From Fidelibacterota bacterium (GTDB lineage: Bacteria; Fidelibacterota; Marinisomatia; Marinisomatales; Marinisomataceae), in assembly GCA_965212055.1 (NCBI GenBank), contig OZ243041.1, forward strand, positions 544,001-608,000: a DNA stretch of 64,000 nt, written 5' to 3'. The translations under genes were made by a program, and so were the position numbers. Under the pieces are notes generated by a model. The model ran no database searches, was not told the origin of the DNA, and saw only the letters and a list, made by a program, of their open reading frames with translations. Shown here in pieces: positions 1-10,286 of this stretch (position 1 is its first letter; every line of letters starts with the position of its first letter).

Positions 1-544
1 TCTTTGTCATTGCTACCCAAGGTCTTTTGCTATCACTTTGTTTTGCAATTTCATTGAATTTTGAAAACACATATTCTGTATTCGCAGTTCCTCCTTGTTG
101 AACTCCATAGTAGTATACTGTAATAAAATTTGGAGGTCCTTGATTGTTAACATTAGCACCGTCCACAGTAGGCATGTTTCTACTTAAGTCTGGACGAATT
201 GTCCAAAATTCCATACCTCCAATTTGCTCAATCATACTATCATTCCATTTATCATATGGAACTGGATCGTGATTAGACATAGCATCATATACACTATCTA
301 CCATATCTAACGGGGTTGGCCACTGAGCAGCTGCAACTCTTACATACTTTCCAGCATTAGGTCCATTCACAATTGAAAATGTATTTACGGCTCCCAAACC
401 TGTATGAGCTTTATTATGGTGGATCATTCCTTTTTCAAAATCAGCTACTCTTACACCTTCTTCAACACCTAAGACGCTCTGCATGTGATATGCCTGTCCA
501 AATGCTAAAGTAGAAAAAATAACTGCTATTAATAGTTTCTTCAT
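1..544 (-). CDS. Secreted hypothetical protein (partial; runs off the window start)
   Basis: Manually translated from ATG at 544: MKKLLIAVIFSTLAFGQAYHMQSVLG..., with a signal peptide; frame open to position 1; GAGG RBS upstream. Not in the ORF track. Confidence 0.8.
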   Translation of the reverse strand, partial: MKKLLIAVIFSTLAFGQAYHMQSVLGVEEGVRVADFEKGMIHHNKAHTGLGAVNTFSIVNGPNAGKYVRVAAAQWPTPLDMVDSVYDAMSNHDPVPYDKWNDSMIEQIGGMEFWTIRPDLSRNMPTVDGANVNNQGPPNFITVYYYGVQQGGTANTEYVFSKFNEIAKQSDSKRPWVAMTK

Positions 545-613
545 GATTTCCTCACTTTATTGTTAACATTAATATCTTAATAAATATTTGCCTGAATCAA
601 AATAATAACAATA

Positions 614-1528
614 TTAAAGATTAAAAATATTCCCTCTCTCCACTATATTAAACCCATTATAAATTATTTTTTTGTATTCATTTGAATTTTTGTTTAAAGC
701 AGGATTTGTATGGTTAAGATGAATAAAATGTATAGAATTTCTATATATTGAATCTTCAAAAATTTCCATTGTTTCAATGATAAATGGATGCGGGATTTTT
801 GACATATCTCTACCTGGTAATTCATTAATATCATAAAAAGTACCATCAAGCAAACTATAATCATTGTCTTCTACTAATTCTTTAATATTTGATTCCCATT
901 TATCCCATTTATCAATATCAGGAATGAAAATTAAAGATTTATTAGGGCCTTGTACTTTATATCCTACTGTTTCTGAGTACTCATCGCGGTGCGGTACTAA
1001 AAATGGAACAATAGATAATCGTTCATTTAATTGCACTACCCCATTATCGTTAATCTCTTGAATTGATATATTGCCTAGATTAACTAATTGATTCCAAGGA
1101 CCATTTGTTTCTAAAAATTGCTTCATTCTTGGCATTGCATACACAGGAACCTCTTTTGCCCCCATTACTTCTCTTCCAAGATGTATAAGTCCTGTGTAAT
1201 GACCAATATGAGCATGGGTTAAAAAAACACCACTCAATTGATTGTCAATGGCTGTTAGTTGTAGTGCAAAATCAGGGGTTGCATCAATTATCCATGACTC
1301 TTCTGTAACTGGATCAACAATAGCAATACTTGATACTCTTGCATGTTGGGTAGGATCATCCCATTTCTCCTCACAACATTCCTTTATGCAACCAGCATGA
1401 GGAGCACCACCATCTTGAGCAATTCCTAGAACAATAACATAAGGATTGGTAGAACTTTTATTTATATTTGCGGCAAAAAATATTGAGAATATTACTAGGA
1501 AAAGTACTATACGGTCAAAATTTTTCAA
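614..1528 (-). CDS. MBL-fold metallo-hydrolase, PqqB/PhnP-like, with N-terminal signal or anchor
   Basis: LGIAQDGGAPHAGC, IDATPDF, THAHIGHYTGL, LLDGTFY, HLNHTNP motifs. Confidence 0.8.
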   Translation of the reverse strand: MKNFDRIVLFLVIFSIFFAANINKSSTNPYVIVLGIAQDGGAPHAGCIKECCEEKWDDPTQHARVSSIAIVDPVTEESWIIDATPDFALQLTAIDNQLSGVFLTHAHIGHYTGLIHLGREVMGAKEVPVYAMPRMKQFLETNGPWNQLVNLGNISIQEINDNGVVQLNERLSIVPFLVPHRDEYSETVGYKVQGPNKSLIFIPDIDKWDKWESNIKELVEDNDYSLLDGTFYDINELPGRDMSKIPHPFIIETMEIFEDSIYRNSIHFIHLNHTNPALNKNSNEYKKIIYNGFNIVERGNIFNL

Positions 1529-1546
1529 GGCGGATTGTCTTAACCG

Positions 1547-3406
1547 CTATACACCGACAGGTCGCTTGTCAATATACATTTCATCGATTTCAGCTTGGTG
1601 TTTTTCAGTAACAACTTTACGTTTAATAGATAGCTTAGGAGTTAATTCTCCAGCTTCAACTGTCCATTCTTCAGGAATTAATGTAATTTTTCGAATTGAT
1701 TCATAACGAGAAAACTTGCTCATAGCTTCTTCAACAATGTCATTATACATATCATAAGTTTTTTGATCTGCACAAAGACTTTCATAATCCATTGATTCCA
1801 TGCCATTTTTTTCTGCCCATGCAATCAAATTCTCTCTACTTGGAACAACCAAAGCAGAAATAAAGTTTCGATCATCACCAATTGCTAAGCATTGTTCAAT
1901 ATACTTATTTGAAGTCAAGGTCACTTCCATTGGTTGTGGTGCAACATTTTTACCACCGGATGTCACTATTAAACTCTTTTTTCTATCTGTAATCTTTAAT
2001 AATCCATCTTCATCAAACATTCCAATGTCACCGGAATGGAACCATCCATCTTTCATAACTTCAGCAGTAGCTTCAGGTTCTTTATAATATCCCTTCATTA
2101 CATTGTGTCCACGACATAAGATTTCTCCATCTTCTGCAATCTTAACTTCCACGCCTGGAATTGGCTTTCCAACGGTACCATATTTAAAGAATTCAGGATG
2201 TCCTACGGTCATCACAGGACTTGTTTCTGTTAGTCCATATCCTTCTACGATTGAAATCCCAATACCACAAAAGAATGATCCAACTTCTGGAGATAGTGCT
2301 GATCCACCGGAAGATGCAGCTGCAACTCTACCGCCTAAAATTGCTCTAAACTTACTTAAAACTAATTTGTCTGCTAAATTCCACTGCAACCCAAGTAGGA
2401 ATGGTAATTTTTCATCCCTTTGAAAGTATGGTGCCGCTTTTAATCCAACATTAATAGCCCAATTAGCAAGCACTTTCTTTATTCCAGTAGCTTCATCAAC
2501 ACCTTCCATAATTTTTGCATGAATCTTTTCAAAAATTCTTGGAACAGCAGTCAAAAATGTTGGCCTAACTTCCTGAATATTAGGAACAACAAAGCTCATA
2601 TCTGGTAAATTTTCTGCATAATAAATTTGCATCCCTGCATTAAAACAACCGTAATGTCCTCCCACTCTTTCAAAGCTATGTGCAACTGGCAGGAAGGATA
2701 AAAATGCTTTTTCTTCCATACCGTATTTGTCTTGAATAAGATCAATTAATTCTCCAATAGATAACAAATTTCTACAAACATTATCATGAGTTAACATTAC
2801 TCCTTTTGGAAGACCAGTTGTTCCACTTGTATATATTAAAGTTAACAAATCATCAGGTTGAACAGTTTCAGCTATTGCTTTAATATCATGAGTAGTATTA
2901 TTTAAAGATACTATTTTTGAAAAATGAGTAGCATGTTCACCAGAATAGCTTTCATCCATAATAATAATTTTATTTAAATGACACTCATCATCGCTTAATA
3001 GTGGTAAAATTTTATCTAACTGTTCTTTGTCTTTAACAATAGCAATTTTACTCTCAGAATGTTTTACAACATATTGTGATTGTTCAGCAATAAGAGTTGG
3101 ATAAACTGGAACAGAAACAGCACGAATGTGTGCGATAGCAAAGTCAGAAGTACACCACTCAGGAGAATTTGTTCCAACAATTGCTACTTTATCATGTTCA
3201 TTAATTCCAAGATTCTTTAAACCGTTTGCAAAACCTTCTACGCGTGCTTGCAATTCGTTAAATGTTTGCCCTTTCCATTGACCATCTTTTTTAACAAAAT
3301 ATGTTTCAATATCTTGGTTTTCGGAAACAACGCGTTGAAACATTTGAGGAATAGTGGCAAAAGTAGCTTCTACCCCTTTGTAACCTGGATGTGGATTCTT
3401 GCTCAT
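1547..3406 (-). CDS. fadD: Long-chain-fatty-acid--CoA ligase (AMP-dependent synthetase)
   Basis: YTSGTTGLPKG, EGYGLTETSP, GWFHSGDIG, ITDRKK, TSGGKNVAP motifs. Confidence 0.9.
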   Translation of the reverse strand: MSKNPHPGYKGVEATFATIPQMFQRVVSENQDIETYFVKKDGQWKGQTFNELQARVEGFANGLKNLGINEHDKVAIVGTNSPEWCTSDFAIAHIRAVSVPVYPTLIAEQSQYVVKHSESKIAIVKDKEQLDKILPLLSDDECHLNKIIIMDESYSGEHATHFSKIVSLNNTTHDIKAIAETVQPDDLLTLIYTSGTTGLPKGVMLTHDNVCRNLLSIGELIDLIQDKYGMEEKAFLSFLPVAHSFERVGGHYGCFNAGMQIYYAENLPDMSFVVPNIQEVRPTFLTAVPRIFEKIHAKIMEGVDEATGIKKVLANWAINVGLKAAPYFQRDEKLPFLLGLQWNLADKLVLSKFRAILGGRVAAASSGGSALSPEVGSFFCGIGISIVEGYGLTETSPVMTVGHPEFFKYGTVGKPIPGVEVKIAEDGEILCRGHNVMKGYYKEPEATAEVMKDGWFHSGDIGMFDEDGLLKITDRKKSLIVTSGGKNVAPQPMEVTLTSNKYIEQCLAIGDDRNFISALVVPSRENLIAWAEKNGMESMDYESLCADQKTYDMYNDIVEEAMSKFSRYESIRKITLIPEEWTVEAGELTPKLSIKRKVVTEKHQAEIDEMYIDKRPVGV

Positions 3407-3459
3407 GATTATATCATTGACAAAATAACTACTTTAAGCCAAATTAGTCAATTGTTTTT

Positions 3460-3543
3460 GCCGGGGTGGCGGAATTGGTAGACGCGCTGGTCTCAAACAC
3501 CAGTGAGGATTTCCTCATGTCGGTTCGAGCCCGACCCTCGGTA
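3460..3543 (+). tRNA. tRNA-Leu (CAA), CCA not encoded
   Basis: GCCGGGG/CCTCGGT acceptor stem, D-loop GGAATTGGTAGAC, anticodon arm CTGGT-CTCAAAC-ACCAG, long variable arm, GGTTCGAG T-loop. Confidence 0.95.
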
Positions 3544-3544
3544 C

Positions 3545-3576
3545 AAAAAAAAAGGGCTTTATTTGAAGCCCTTTTT
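3545..3576. terminator. Bidirectional intrinsic terminator between tRNA-Leu and the convergent ORF
   Basis: A-run, GGGCTT...AAGCCC stem, T-run. Confidence 0.8.
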
Positions 3577-3603
3577 CTTAATTATGTTAACTTATTAAAA
3601 CGT

Positions 3604-4099
3604 TATTACTTTTTCTCCGCTTCTTCTTCTGGAGGAAATACTTCATCACTTAGTGTCTTAATTTCTTTCTTCAACTTAGTAATATCTCTTCAACTTGATT
3701 ATTACGTATCTTTCTATTCAGATTGTCTTCTACTCCCTCAAGATCACGTTCGACATTTTTTATCTTCTTTGATAAATCACGATCAACGCGTTTAATTTCA
3801 TATGCTAAATCATCTATTAAATCTCCAAGTGAATCAGCTTTCGCATAAATTAATTTTGTGTTCGCAAGAATCATTTGTCTTCCTTCTTGGATTTTCTTTC
3901 CTTGACCAATATTATCAAGCTCAACATTCTTAACTCTTTCTCTAAATTCTGTATTAACATCGTCTACATGTTCTTTATGATCAGCTTCTAGTCTTACCAT
4001 TTCTTCCATTGCAGATTTTGTTTGAAAAAATGAACCAGCAACTGATACAACAAGAAATAACATGAGGACACTTAAGACTTTTTCTGTGTTAGTTAACAT
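3604..4099 (-). CDS. Membrane-anchored coiled-coil hypothetical protein (probable frameshift near 3690)
   Basis: N-terminal TM then heptad-rich region. ORF track ends at 3671, but another frame continues RDITKLKKEIKTLSDEVFPPEEEAEKK to TAA TAA at about 3604-3609. Confidence 0.6.
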
Positions 4100-4174
4100 A
4101 TTGTATTATCCCTTTCTTTGTTTTGAGATGATTGAAACTAATAAATGAAACTTCAATATGAAAACTTTTTTTTA

Positions 4175-5152
4175 TTAATTCGGGATTTTTCCGATTCGGT
4201 TTAATCTTGGAATATAATTATTCAAATTAATCGAAAACCATGTGATAAGTGGTTGTCCAAGAATATGGCTTTTTGGAACAAATCCCCAGAACCTTGAATC
4301 TTCACTATTGTCTCGATTGTCTCCCATCATCCAAAAATAATCTTGTGATAACGTGTAAGTCTTAACTTCACTAATTGGTTTTCCATTAATATATAAATCT
4401 TGTATATGTTCTTTTTTAAATCTATCAGACCAAGGTGTAATTAATGTAGCATTGGTACTTGGGTGATATTCCTTATGGATACTTTTATCGCCAGTTCTTC
4501 TTTCAACATCTCTTGGACTAGTATTGGTAAATATTAAAGAATTGTCACCAAGAATATATTCGACTTGATTGCCTTCATATAGCAATAGTGGAAGTATTAA
4601 TTTCCAATCCATATTCTCATCCAAGGTAAATGAATCTCCTTTTTTCGGAATGGTAATTTGAGGATATTGATCTTTATTCCCTTGTTTGCCAAGAAAAATA
4701 TCAGGATCAATAACTTCTCTTGATAAATAATTATTCATAATGAATTTACCGCCTTCTGGCAATGGAAAAAGCTCTCCATTTACATATACATTCTGATCTT
4801 CAATTTTTATAGTATCTCCTGCAATTCCAATACAACGTTTTACAAACTTGTACACGGGATCTCTAGGATATTCAAATACGACTACATCCCCTCTTTCCAC
4901 CTCTTTAAATGCAGGGAAACGATATTCAGGAAGGAATGTTGGAATGCTAATCGCGCTAAAAGGAATCCATATTTTTTCTGGCACTTTCATTCCATAGATA
5001 TAACGACTTCCAATAAGGAAATCTCCTTGTAAAATATTCTCTTCCATGCTACTTGTTGGAACAATATAGGCTTCTACCACTGTTTCTTTTAAAAACAGAA
5101 TAATAAGGATAAGTATCAATATTGACTTTGCTTCAGCAATAAATTTATTCAT
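4175..5152 (-). CDS. lepB: Signal peptidase I
   Basis: VPTSSME (catalytic Ser), RGDVVVF, FVKRCIG (catalytic Lys), MMGDNRDNSEDSRFWG. Confidence 0.95.
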   Translation of the reverse strand: MNKFIAEAKSILILILIILFLKETVVEAYIVPTSSMEENILQGDFLIGSRYIYGMKVPEKIWIPFSAISIPTFLPEYRFPAFKEVERGDVVVFEYPRDPVYKFVKRCIGIAGDTIKIEDQNVYVNGELFPLPEGGKFIMNNYLSREVIDPDIFLGKQGNKDQYPQITIPKKGDSFTLDENMDWKLILPLLLYEGNQVEYILGDNSLIFTNTSPRDVERRTGDKSIHKEYHPSTNATLITPWSDRFKKEHIQDLYINGKPISEVKTYTLSQDYFWMMGDNRDNSEDSRFWGFVPKSHILGQPLITWFSINLNNYIPRLNRIGKIPN

Positions 5153-5703
5153 TTGTTTACCATCCTGGATATAGGCTTAAAGGTTTGGCGATGTATTTTT
5201 GTAAAAGAAAATTTTTTCAATGCTTTACGATGATTTGGGGTACCATATCCTTTATTGTTCAGAAAATCATACATCGGGTAAATATAGTGAAACGAACGCA
5301 TAATTTCATCCCTCGTAACTTTTGCAATAATTGATGCTGCCATAATAGCAGTTATCTTTTGATCTCCTTTCACAATTCCTTGATTGGTAATCGGAATATC
5401 TAATCCAAATCCATCTACCAATACTTTGTCTGGTTGTTTGGGTAAATCATTGATAGCATCAATCATTGCATGTTCAGATGCAACCTTGATATTATGTTTA
5501 TCAATATAACTATTCCACTTAATTCCAACCGCAATAGATGACGCATGTTTCATTATCTCTTTATACAACATTTGTCGTTTTGGTTCCGATATTTTCTTAG
5601 AATCATTTAATCCCTTGATATCTTTTTTTAAGATGACTGCTGCTGCCACTACAGGCCCAGCCAATGCCCCTCTTCCTACTTCATCTACCCCAGCAATTAA
5701 CAT
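5149..5703 (-). CDS. rnhB: Ribonuclease HII
   Basis: AGVDEVGRGALAGPV, DSKK, AASIIAKVTRD, NKGYGT. Confidence 0.95.
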   Translation of the reverse strand: MLIAGVDEVGRGALAGPVVAAAVILKKDIKGLNDSKKISEPKRQMLYKEIMKHASSIAVGIKWNSYIDKHNIKVASEHAMIDAINDLPKQPDKVLVDGFGLDIPITNQGIVKGDQKITAIMAASIIAKVTRDEIMRSFHYIYPMYDFLNNKGYGTPNHRKALKKFSFTKIHRQTFKPISRMVNK

Positions 5704-5764
5704 AGAAATAAAATTAATAATAAAATTGATGTTTACTTTTAAAAATATTTTTTAAAATGTCTTC

Positions 5765-7675
5765 ATGTCAAAACGAAGATATGGTTTAATAGTTTTTGGA
5801 ATAATTGGAATACTACTTCTTACTGTTGGACACGAATTCTTCGAAAAGATTTGGAAATTTCCAAAAAATTTATTCTCAGAAAATTTATTAGATTCATTTC
5901 CTTTAACTCAAATTCCATTAATGGTAGTTGCTCTCCTTGGAACTGGAATTTATATGACATTCAAATTAGGATTCCCTCAATTAAAACGGGTTCTACATGG
6001 AATTAGAGTAACAAGGGGAGATTATGACGATGTAGAAGACGAAGGAGATTTAAGTCATTTCAAAGCTCTATCTACTGCATTAGCAGCAACCGTTGGTATT
6101 GGGAATATTGCTGGAGTTGCTACCGCAATTTTTATAGGTGGTCCTGGCGCATTATTTTGGATGTGGATTACAGCATTTTTTGGAACATCATTGAAATATG
6201 CAGAATGTACTCTAGCGCTTAAATATCGAGAAACTGATTCACTCGGAAATACTGCTGGTGGACCGATGTATACCATTGAAAATGGGTTAGGTCCAAAATG
6301 GAGATGGTTAGCAGTAGGGTTTGCTTGTTTTGCCATTATATGTTCTTTCTTTACTGGAAATGCTATTCAATCAAATACATTAACACAGCAAGTATATAGC
6401 CAATTTTCAAATTTATTTGGAAACGATGGCTTTATTATGGCTACAAAAACATTTACAGTTTTAGGAGCTGATTCCCACATATCTATCATGCATGGAATTA
6501 TCGGACTAATCACTGCAAGTTTAGTTGCAATGGTTATTCTAGGAGGAATTAAACGCATCGGAAATGTAACCAGTTATTTAGTTCCTGTAATGGCAGTCAT
6601 ATATGTATTTTGTGCACTATTTATTATAATAGATAATTATGATAAAATAGGAGAAGCATTTAATCTTGTTTTTACCATGGCTTTTAATCCCCCATCAATT
6701 AAAGAACCTGCTGTTGGGGTAGCTAGTGGTATATTTGTAACCTTCCTTAATACAATGTTGATAGGGGTTCAAAGAGGTTTATTCTCAAGCGAATCAGGAC
6801 AGGGATCAGCAGCAATCGCTCACTCTACAGCAAAAACAAAATATCCAGTAAGGGAAGGTGTTGTTGCATTATTAGAACCTTATATTGATACAATAATAAT
6901 CTGTACATTAACTGGGTTGGTTATTATGGTAACAAGTTCTTGGGAAGCTACAAGATTCCATTCTTACAACGTAGATCAGAGAATCTCAGAACAATCGTTT
7001 TTTCAAAATGAAAAATCAAATCTAGACAATATATCTGATAAGATTTTTGAAGAGTTCAATAATAGCAATATTATGATATTTGCTCATTCCAAGATTTCAT
7101 TAGAACAATTAACTCAAGTTTTAAATAAAAACAATAATAACCAAACCTTAAACATTGTTGGAGGCAAAGTCTCTGATCAAGATATCAACAGAAATGGTTG
7201 GAAAGATTTAACTATATCTGATGCATTATATGCAGATTCTTTAGAAGCGAATATTGTAGTATTTGGACTTGAAATAGATGACAAGACTCGTAAAAAAGCT
7301 GAAGAAAAAAGTGTTCGAATAAAAGATTACACTGATGATGATTTAAAAAGAGGGGTTCTTTTAACAAGCGAAGCTTTTAGAAGAGGAATTCCTGGTGGAG
7401 ACAAGATTGTAACATTAGCTGTCATCTTATTCGCTTTATCAACTGCAATAAGTTGGTCGTTTTATGGTGATAGAGCAACGGAATATTTATTTGGAACAAG
7501 AGCAATCCCGTACTATAGATATTTCTATGTATTTATGGTATTTGTTGGATCTATGCTATCAGTTGAAGCAGTATGGAATTTTGGAGATGCTGCGTTAGCT
7601 TTTATGACTTTTCCTAATTTAATCGCAATTATTCTGCTTAGCACAAAGCTAAAATCATTATCTATTATTCAATAA
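5765..7675 (+). CDS. Alanine/glycine:cation symporter (AGCS family) with large hydrophilic insertion
   Basis: TVGIGNIAGVA, GGPGALFWMW, GGPMY, RGLFSSESGQGSAAIAH, IDTIIICTLT motifs. Confidence 0.9.
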   Translation: MSKRRYGLIVFGIIGILLLTVGHEFFEKIWKFPKNLFSENLLDSFPLTQIPLMVVALLGTGIYMTFKLGFPQLKRVLHGIRVTRGDYDDVEDEGDLSHFKALSTALAATVGIGNIAGVATAIFIGGPGALFWMWITAFFGTSLKYAECTLALKYRETDSLGNTAGGPMYTIENGLGPKWRWLAVGFACFAIICSFFTGNAIQSNTLTQQVYSQFSNLFGNDGFIMATKTFTVLGADSHISIMHGIIGLITASLVAMVILGGIKRIGNVTSYLVPVMAVIYVFCALFIIIDNYDKIGEAFNLVFTMAFNPPSIKEPAVGVASGIFVTFLNTMLIGVQRGLFSSESGQGSAAIAHSTAKTKYPVREGVVALLEPYIDTIIICTLTGLVIMVTSSWEATRFHSYNVDQRISEQSFFQNEKSNLDNISDKIFEEFNNSNIMIFAHSKISLEQLTQVLNKNNNNQTLNIVGGKVSDQDINRNGWKDLTISDALYADSLEANIVVFGLEIDDKTRKKAEEKSVRIKDYTDDDLKRGVLLTSEAFRRGIPGGDKIVTLAVILFALSTAISWSFYGDRATEYLFGTRAIPYYRYFYVFMVFVGSMLSVEAVWNFGDAALAFMTFPNLIAIILLSTKLKSLSIIQ

Positions 7676-7894
7676 ATATTTCGAAGAAAATTAATTTATT
7701 TAAGATCGCCATATAACTCATCAAAATTATCGGAACCATATAAAATATCAGTCATCCCCACCATATATTTTATCTCCTCCTCCACCTCCATCAATAATTA
7801 AGCTTCTCCATATATCAAGACCATATAAAACATCATTTGATCCAGCATATAATGTATCTGGATTTGACATCAGAAACAACACTCTTCATAAGCT

Positions 7895-9045
7895 TATAAG
7901 TAAAGGTTTGCATCATTTTCTAATAATAATCTGACTTTTTCTCTTCCTTGGGCCATTTTTTCTTCTTTGTAAGAAAACCATGAACCCATCTTATTGATAA
8001 TACCTGCTTCTAAAGTCTATTCTATATTTTTGTAAGGTAATATCAACATATCATTGGTGGTAAATAGGTCATTTAAAGTGGGTGGTGGTCTCTTTTGGTT
8101 GGTGAACTACTATAAGAATAATACCTAATAATAATATATTCTTCTTTTCCATTCTACATAATTTTTTGACATCAAATTCATAAGTTTTGTCATTTTTAAT
8201 AATAAACTTTTTCTCTTCCTTGGCCATTTTTTCTTCTTTGTAAGAGCTTATTGATAATACCTGCTTTGATTTAATTTCCACTATAAGATACATTTATCAA
8301 ATTCTCGCTACCTTGTTTTTTACTATTCTCCGATCATATCGGTTCCAGCTTTAATTGCAGCGATTCTGCGAATATCTAATCGAACAGATGCATAAAATTT
8401 TAAAGCTCTGCCACCAGGAGTTGTTTCAGGGCTTCCAAACATTACTCCAATCTTTTCTCTTATTTGATTAATAAAGATAACACAAGTATTTGATTTGGCA
8501 ATTGGCCCAGATAATTTTCGCAATGCCTGAGACATCAATCGTGCCTGTAATCCCACGGTGACATCCCCAATTTGACCTTCTAGCTCTTTCCTTGGAACCA
8601 ATGCAGCAACAGAATCTATTACCACAACATCTAAAGCTGCGGTTTGTACTAATTTCTCTAAAATATCTAGTGCTTGTTCCCCTGAATCTGGTTGAGAAAC
8701 AAGTAAGTCATCCGTATTACATCCTAAATTCTTTGCATAGATAGGGTCTAATGCATTTTCAGCATCAATAAATGCAGCATGTCCTCCACTTTTGTGGCAT
8801 TCTGCTATCACATGTAGCGCTAAGGTTGTTTTGCCAGATGATTCAGGTCCAAAAACTTCAATCACCTTTCCTTTTGGAAGTCCACCTATACCTAATGCCA
8901 TATCTAATGAAAGAGATCCAGTTGAAATTGTATCAACTTTTAATTTAGTATCTCCACCCAATCGCATAATAGAACCTGCGCCATACTCTTTAATGATTTG
9001 TTGTTCTACTGTTTCAATTGCTTTATTTTTCTTCTTATCTGACAT
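7895..9045 (-). CDS. recA: Recombinase RecA; 5' 240 codons intact (8323-9045), 3' part garbled and duplicated
   Basis: GPESSGKTT Walker [37 protein letters not shown]-terminal fragment [27 protein letters not shown] readable at about 7910-8010. Confidence 0.9.
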
Positions 9046-9065
9046 CTGAATTCATTCCTTATATT

Positions 9066-10286
9066 TCAATTCTTTTCCAAAAATTTCCTTAGTTCATTTA
9101 AACATAACACCACAGTAAGTTGTCGATTAATTTTACGATTTGGTGTCAAATTGTACTGTTTAATATAGACATTATTTTTATAAAATATTCCAACAAATGT
9201 TAAGCCAACTGGTTTTTTTTCAGTTCCTCCTTTTGGTCCCGCTATTCCGGTAATTCCGATACCAATATCGCTCTTTAATTTCTTTGCAATCTTAGATGCA
9301 AGTTCTGATGCTACTTCTTCACTCACTGCACCATATTTGTCCAATAAATCACTATCTACCCCCACAATATCTCTTTTTAGAGCGTTACTATAACACACTA
9401 CCCCTCCGTTAAAATATTGAGAACTCCCTGATAAATTTGTTAGTTTTGCACTCAACATTCCAGCAGTACATGATTCTGCAGTTGCAACCGTTAAATTCTG
9501 TTCCTTTAACTTATCTGCAACTACTTTTTCAATTGTATCATTATTAAATCCATAGACATATTTACTAATTCGATTTACGATTTGATCTTTTAAGTCTAGA
9601 AGCGATTGATGATCACTTGTTGTTAACCTAATATCAACTCCCAACATACGATGTGGTAAGAAAGCAACATCACAATTTTTGTTTGATTCAATTAAATCAA
9701 CAATCTTTTCCTGTAAAATTGATTCAGGAAGTCCTGTAGTACGGATAGTCTCACAATGTACTTTTGATGTTAATTTTTTTTCTAAGTGAGGCAAAATATA
9801 ACTTAATATCATTCCTTCCATTTCTTTTGGTACGCCAGGCAAGGCAAAATAATTGGATCCATCTTTTTCAAAATGCATTCCCCTTGCGGTACCAAAAGAA
9901 TTATCAATCATTTTGACCTTATCCCCTTTATGTGCTTGGTTACGATTCAAGGTTGGAACCTTCATATTAATTGCTTTAAAACGTTTTTCTAATTCTTTCC
10001 AATATTCTTCATCAAAAACAGGACTATCGCCAAAATATTCATACAATGTTTTTACAGTAATATCATCAAGGGTTGGACCTAATCCCCCTGTTATAATGAT
10101 ATGATTACAATCCTGTGATAATTCATCAAGAGATTTAGTAATCATATCAGCATCATCTGCAATGGTCTTTTTAACATGAACTTTGAGTCCAATTTCTAAT
10201 AATCGTTGACCAATCCAGGCAGAATTACGATCAATCGTAAATCCGCTTAACAATTCATTTCCAATGGTTATAATTCCAATTTTCAC
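9066..10286 (-). CDS. cinA: Competence/damage-inducible protein A (MocF + NMN deamidase domains)
   Basis: IGNELLSG, TGGLGPTLDDIT, LPGVPKEM, TAESCTAG, TGIAGPKGG; probable GTG start at 10286; directly upstream of recA. Confidence 0.93.
   Translation of the reverse strand: MKIGIITIGNELLSGFTIDRNSAWIGQRLLEIGLKVHVKKTIADDADMITKSLDELSQDCNHIIITGGLGPTLDDITVKTLYEYFGDSPVFDEEYWKELEKRFKAINMKVPTLNRNQAHKGDKVKMIDNSFGTARGMHFEKDGSNYFALPGVPKEMEGMILSYILPHLEKKLTSKVHCETIRTTGLPESILQEKIVDLIESNKNCDVAFLPHRMLGVDIRLTTSDHQSLLDLKDQIVNRISKYVYGFNNDTIEKVVADKLKEQNLTVATAESCTAGMLSAKLTNLSGSSQYFNGGVVCYSNALKRDIVGVDSDLLDKYGAVSEEVASELASKIAKKLKSDIGIGITGIAGPKGGTEKKPVGLTFVGIFYKNNVYIKQYNLTPNRKINRQLTVVLCLNELRKFLEKN

Noticed and set aside
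3466..3795. 109-aa plus-strand ORF
   Set aside because: It overlaps tRNA-Leu, its terminator and an antisense gene; spurious.
8069..8293. 74-aa ORF downstream of recA as an independent gene
   Set aside because: It is a garbled copy of the recA C-terminus (SYKEEKMA).
7870..8330. Intein or intron interrupting recA
   Set aside because: No Cys/Ser...His-Asn intein ends, no homing endonuclease or RT ORF; recA sequence itself is deleted and duplicated rather than cleanly split.
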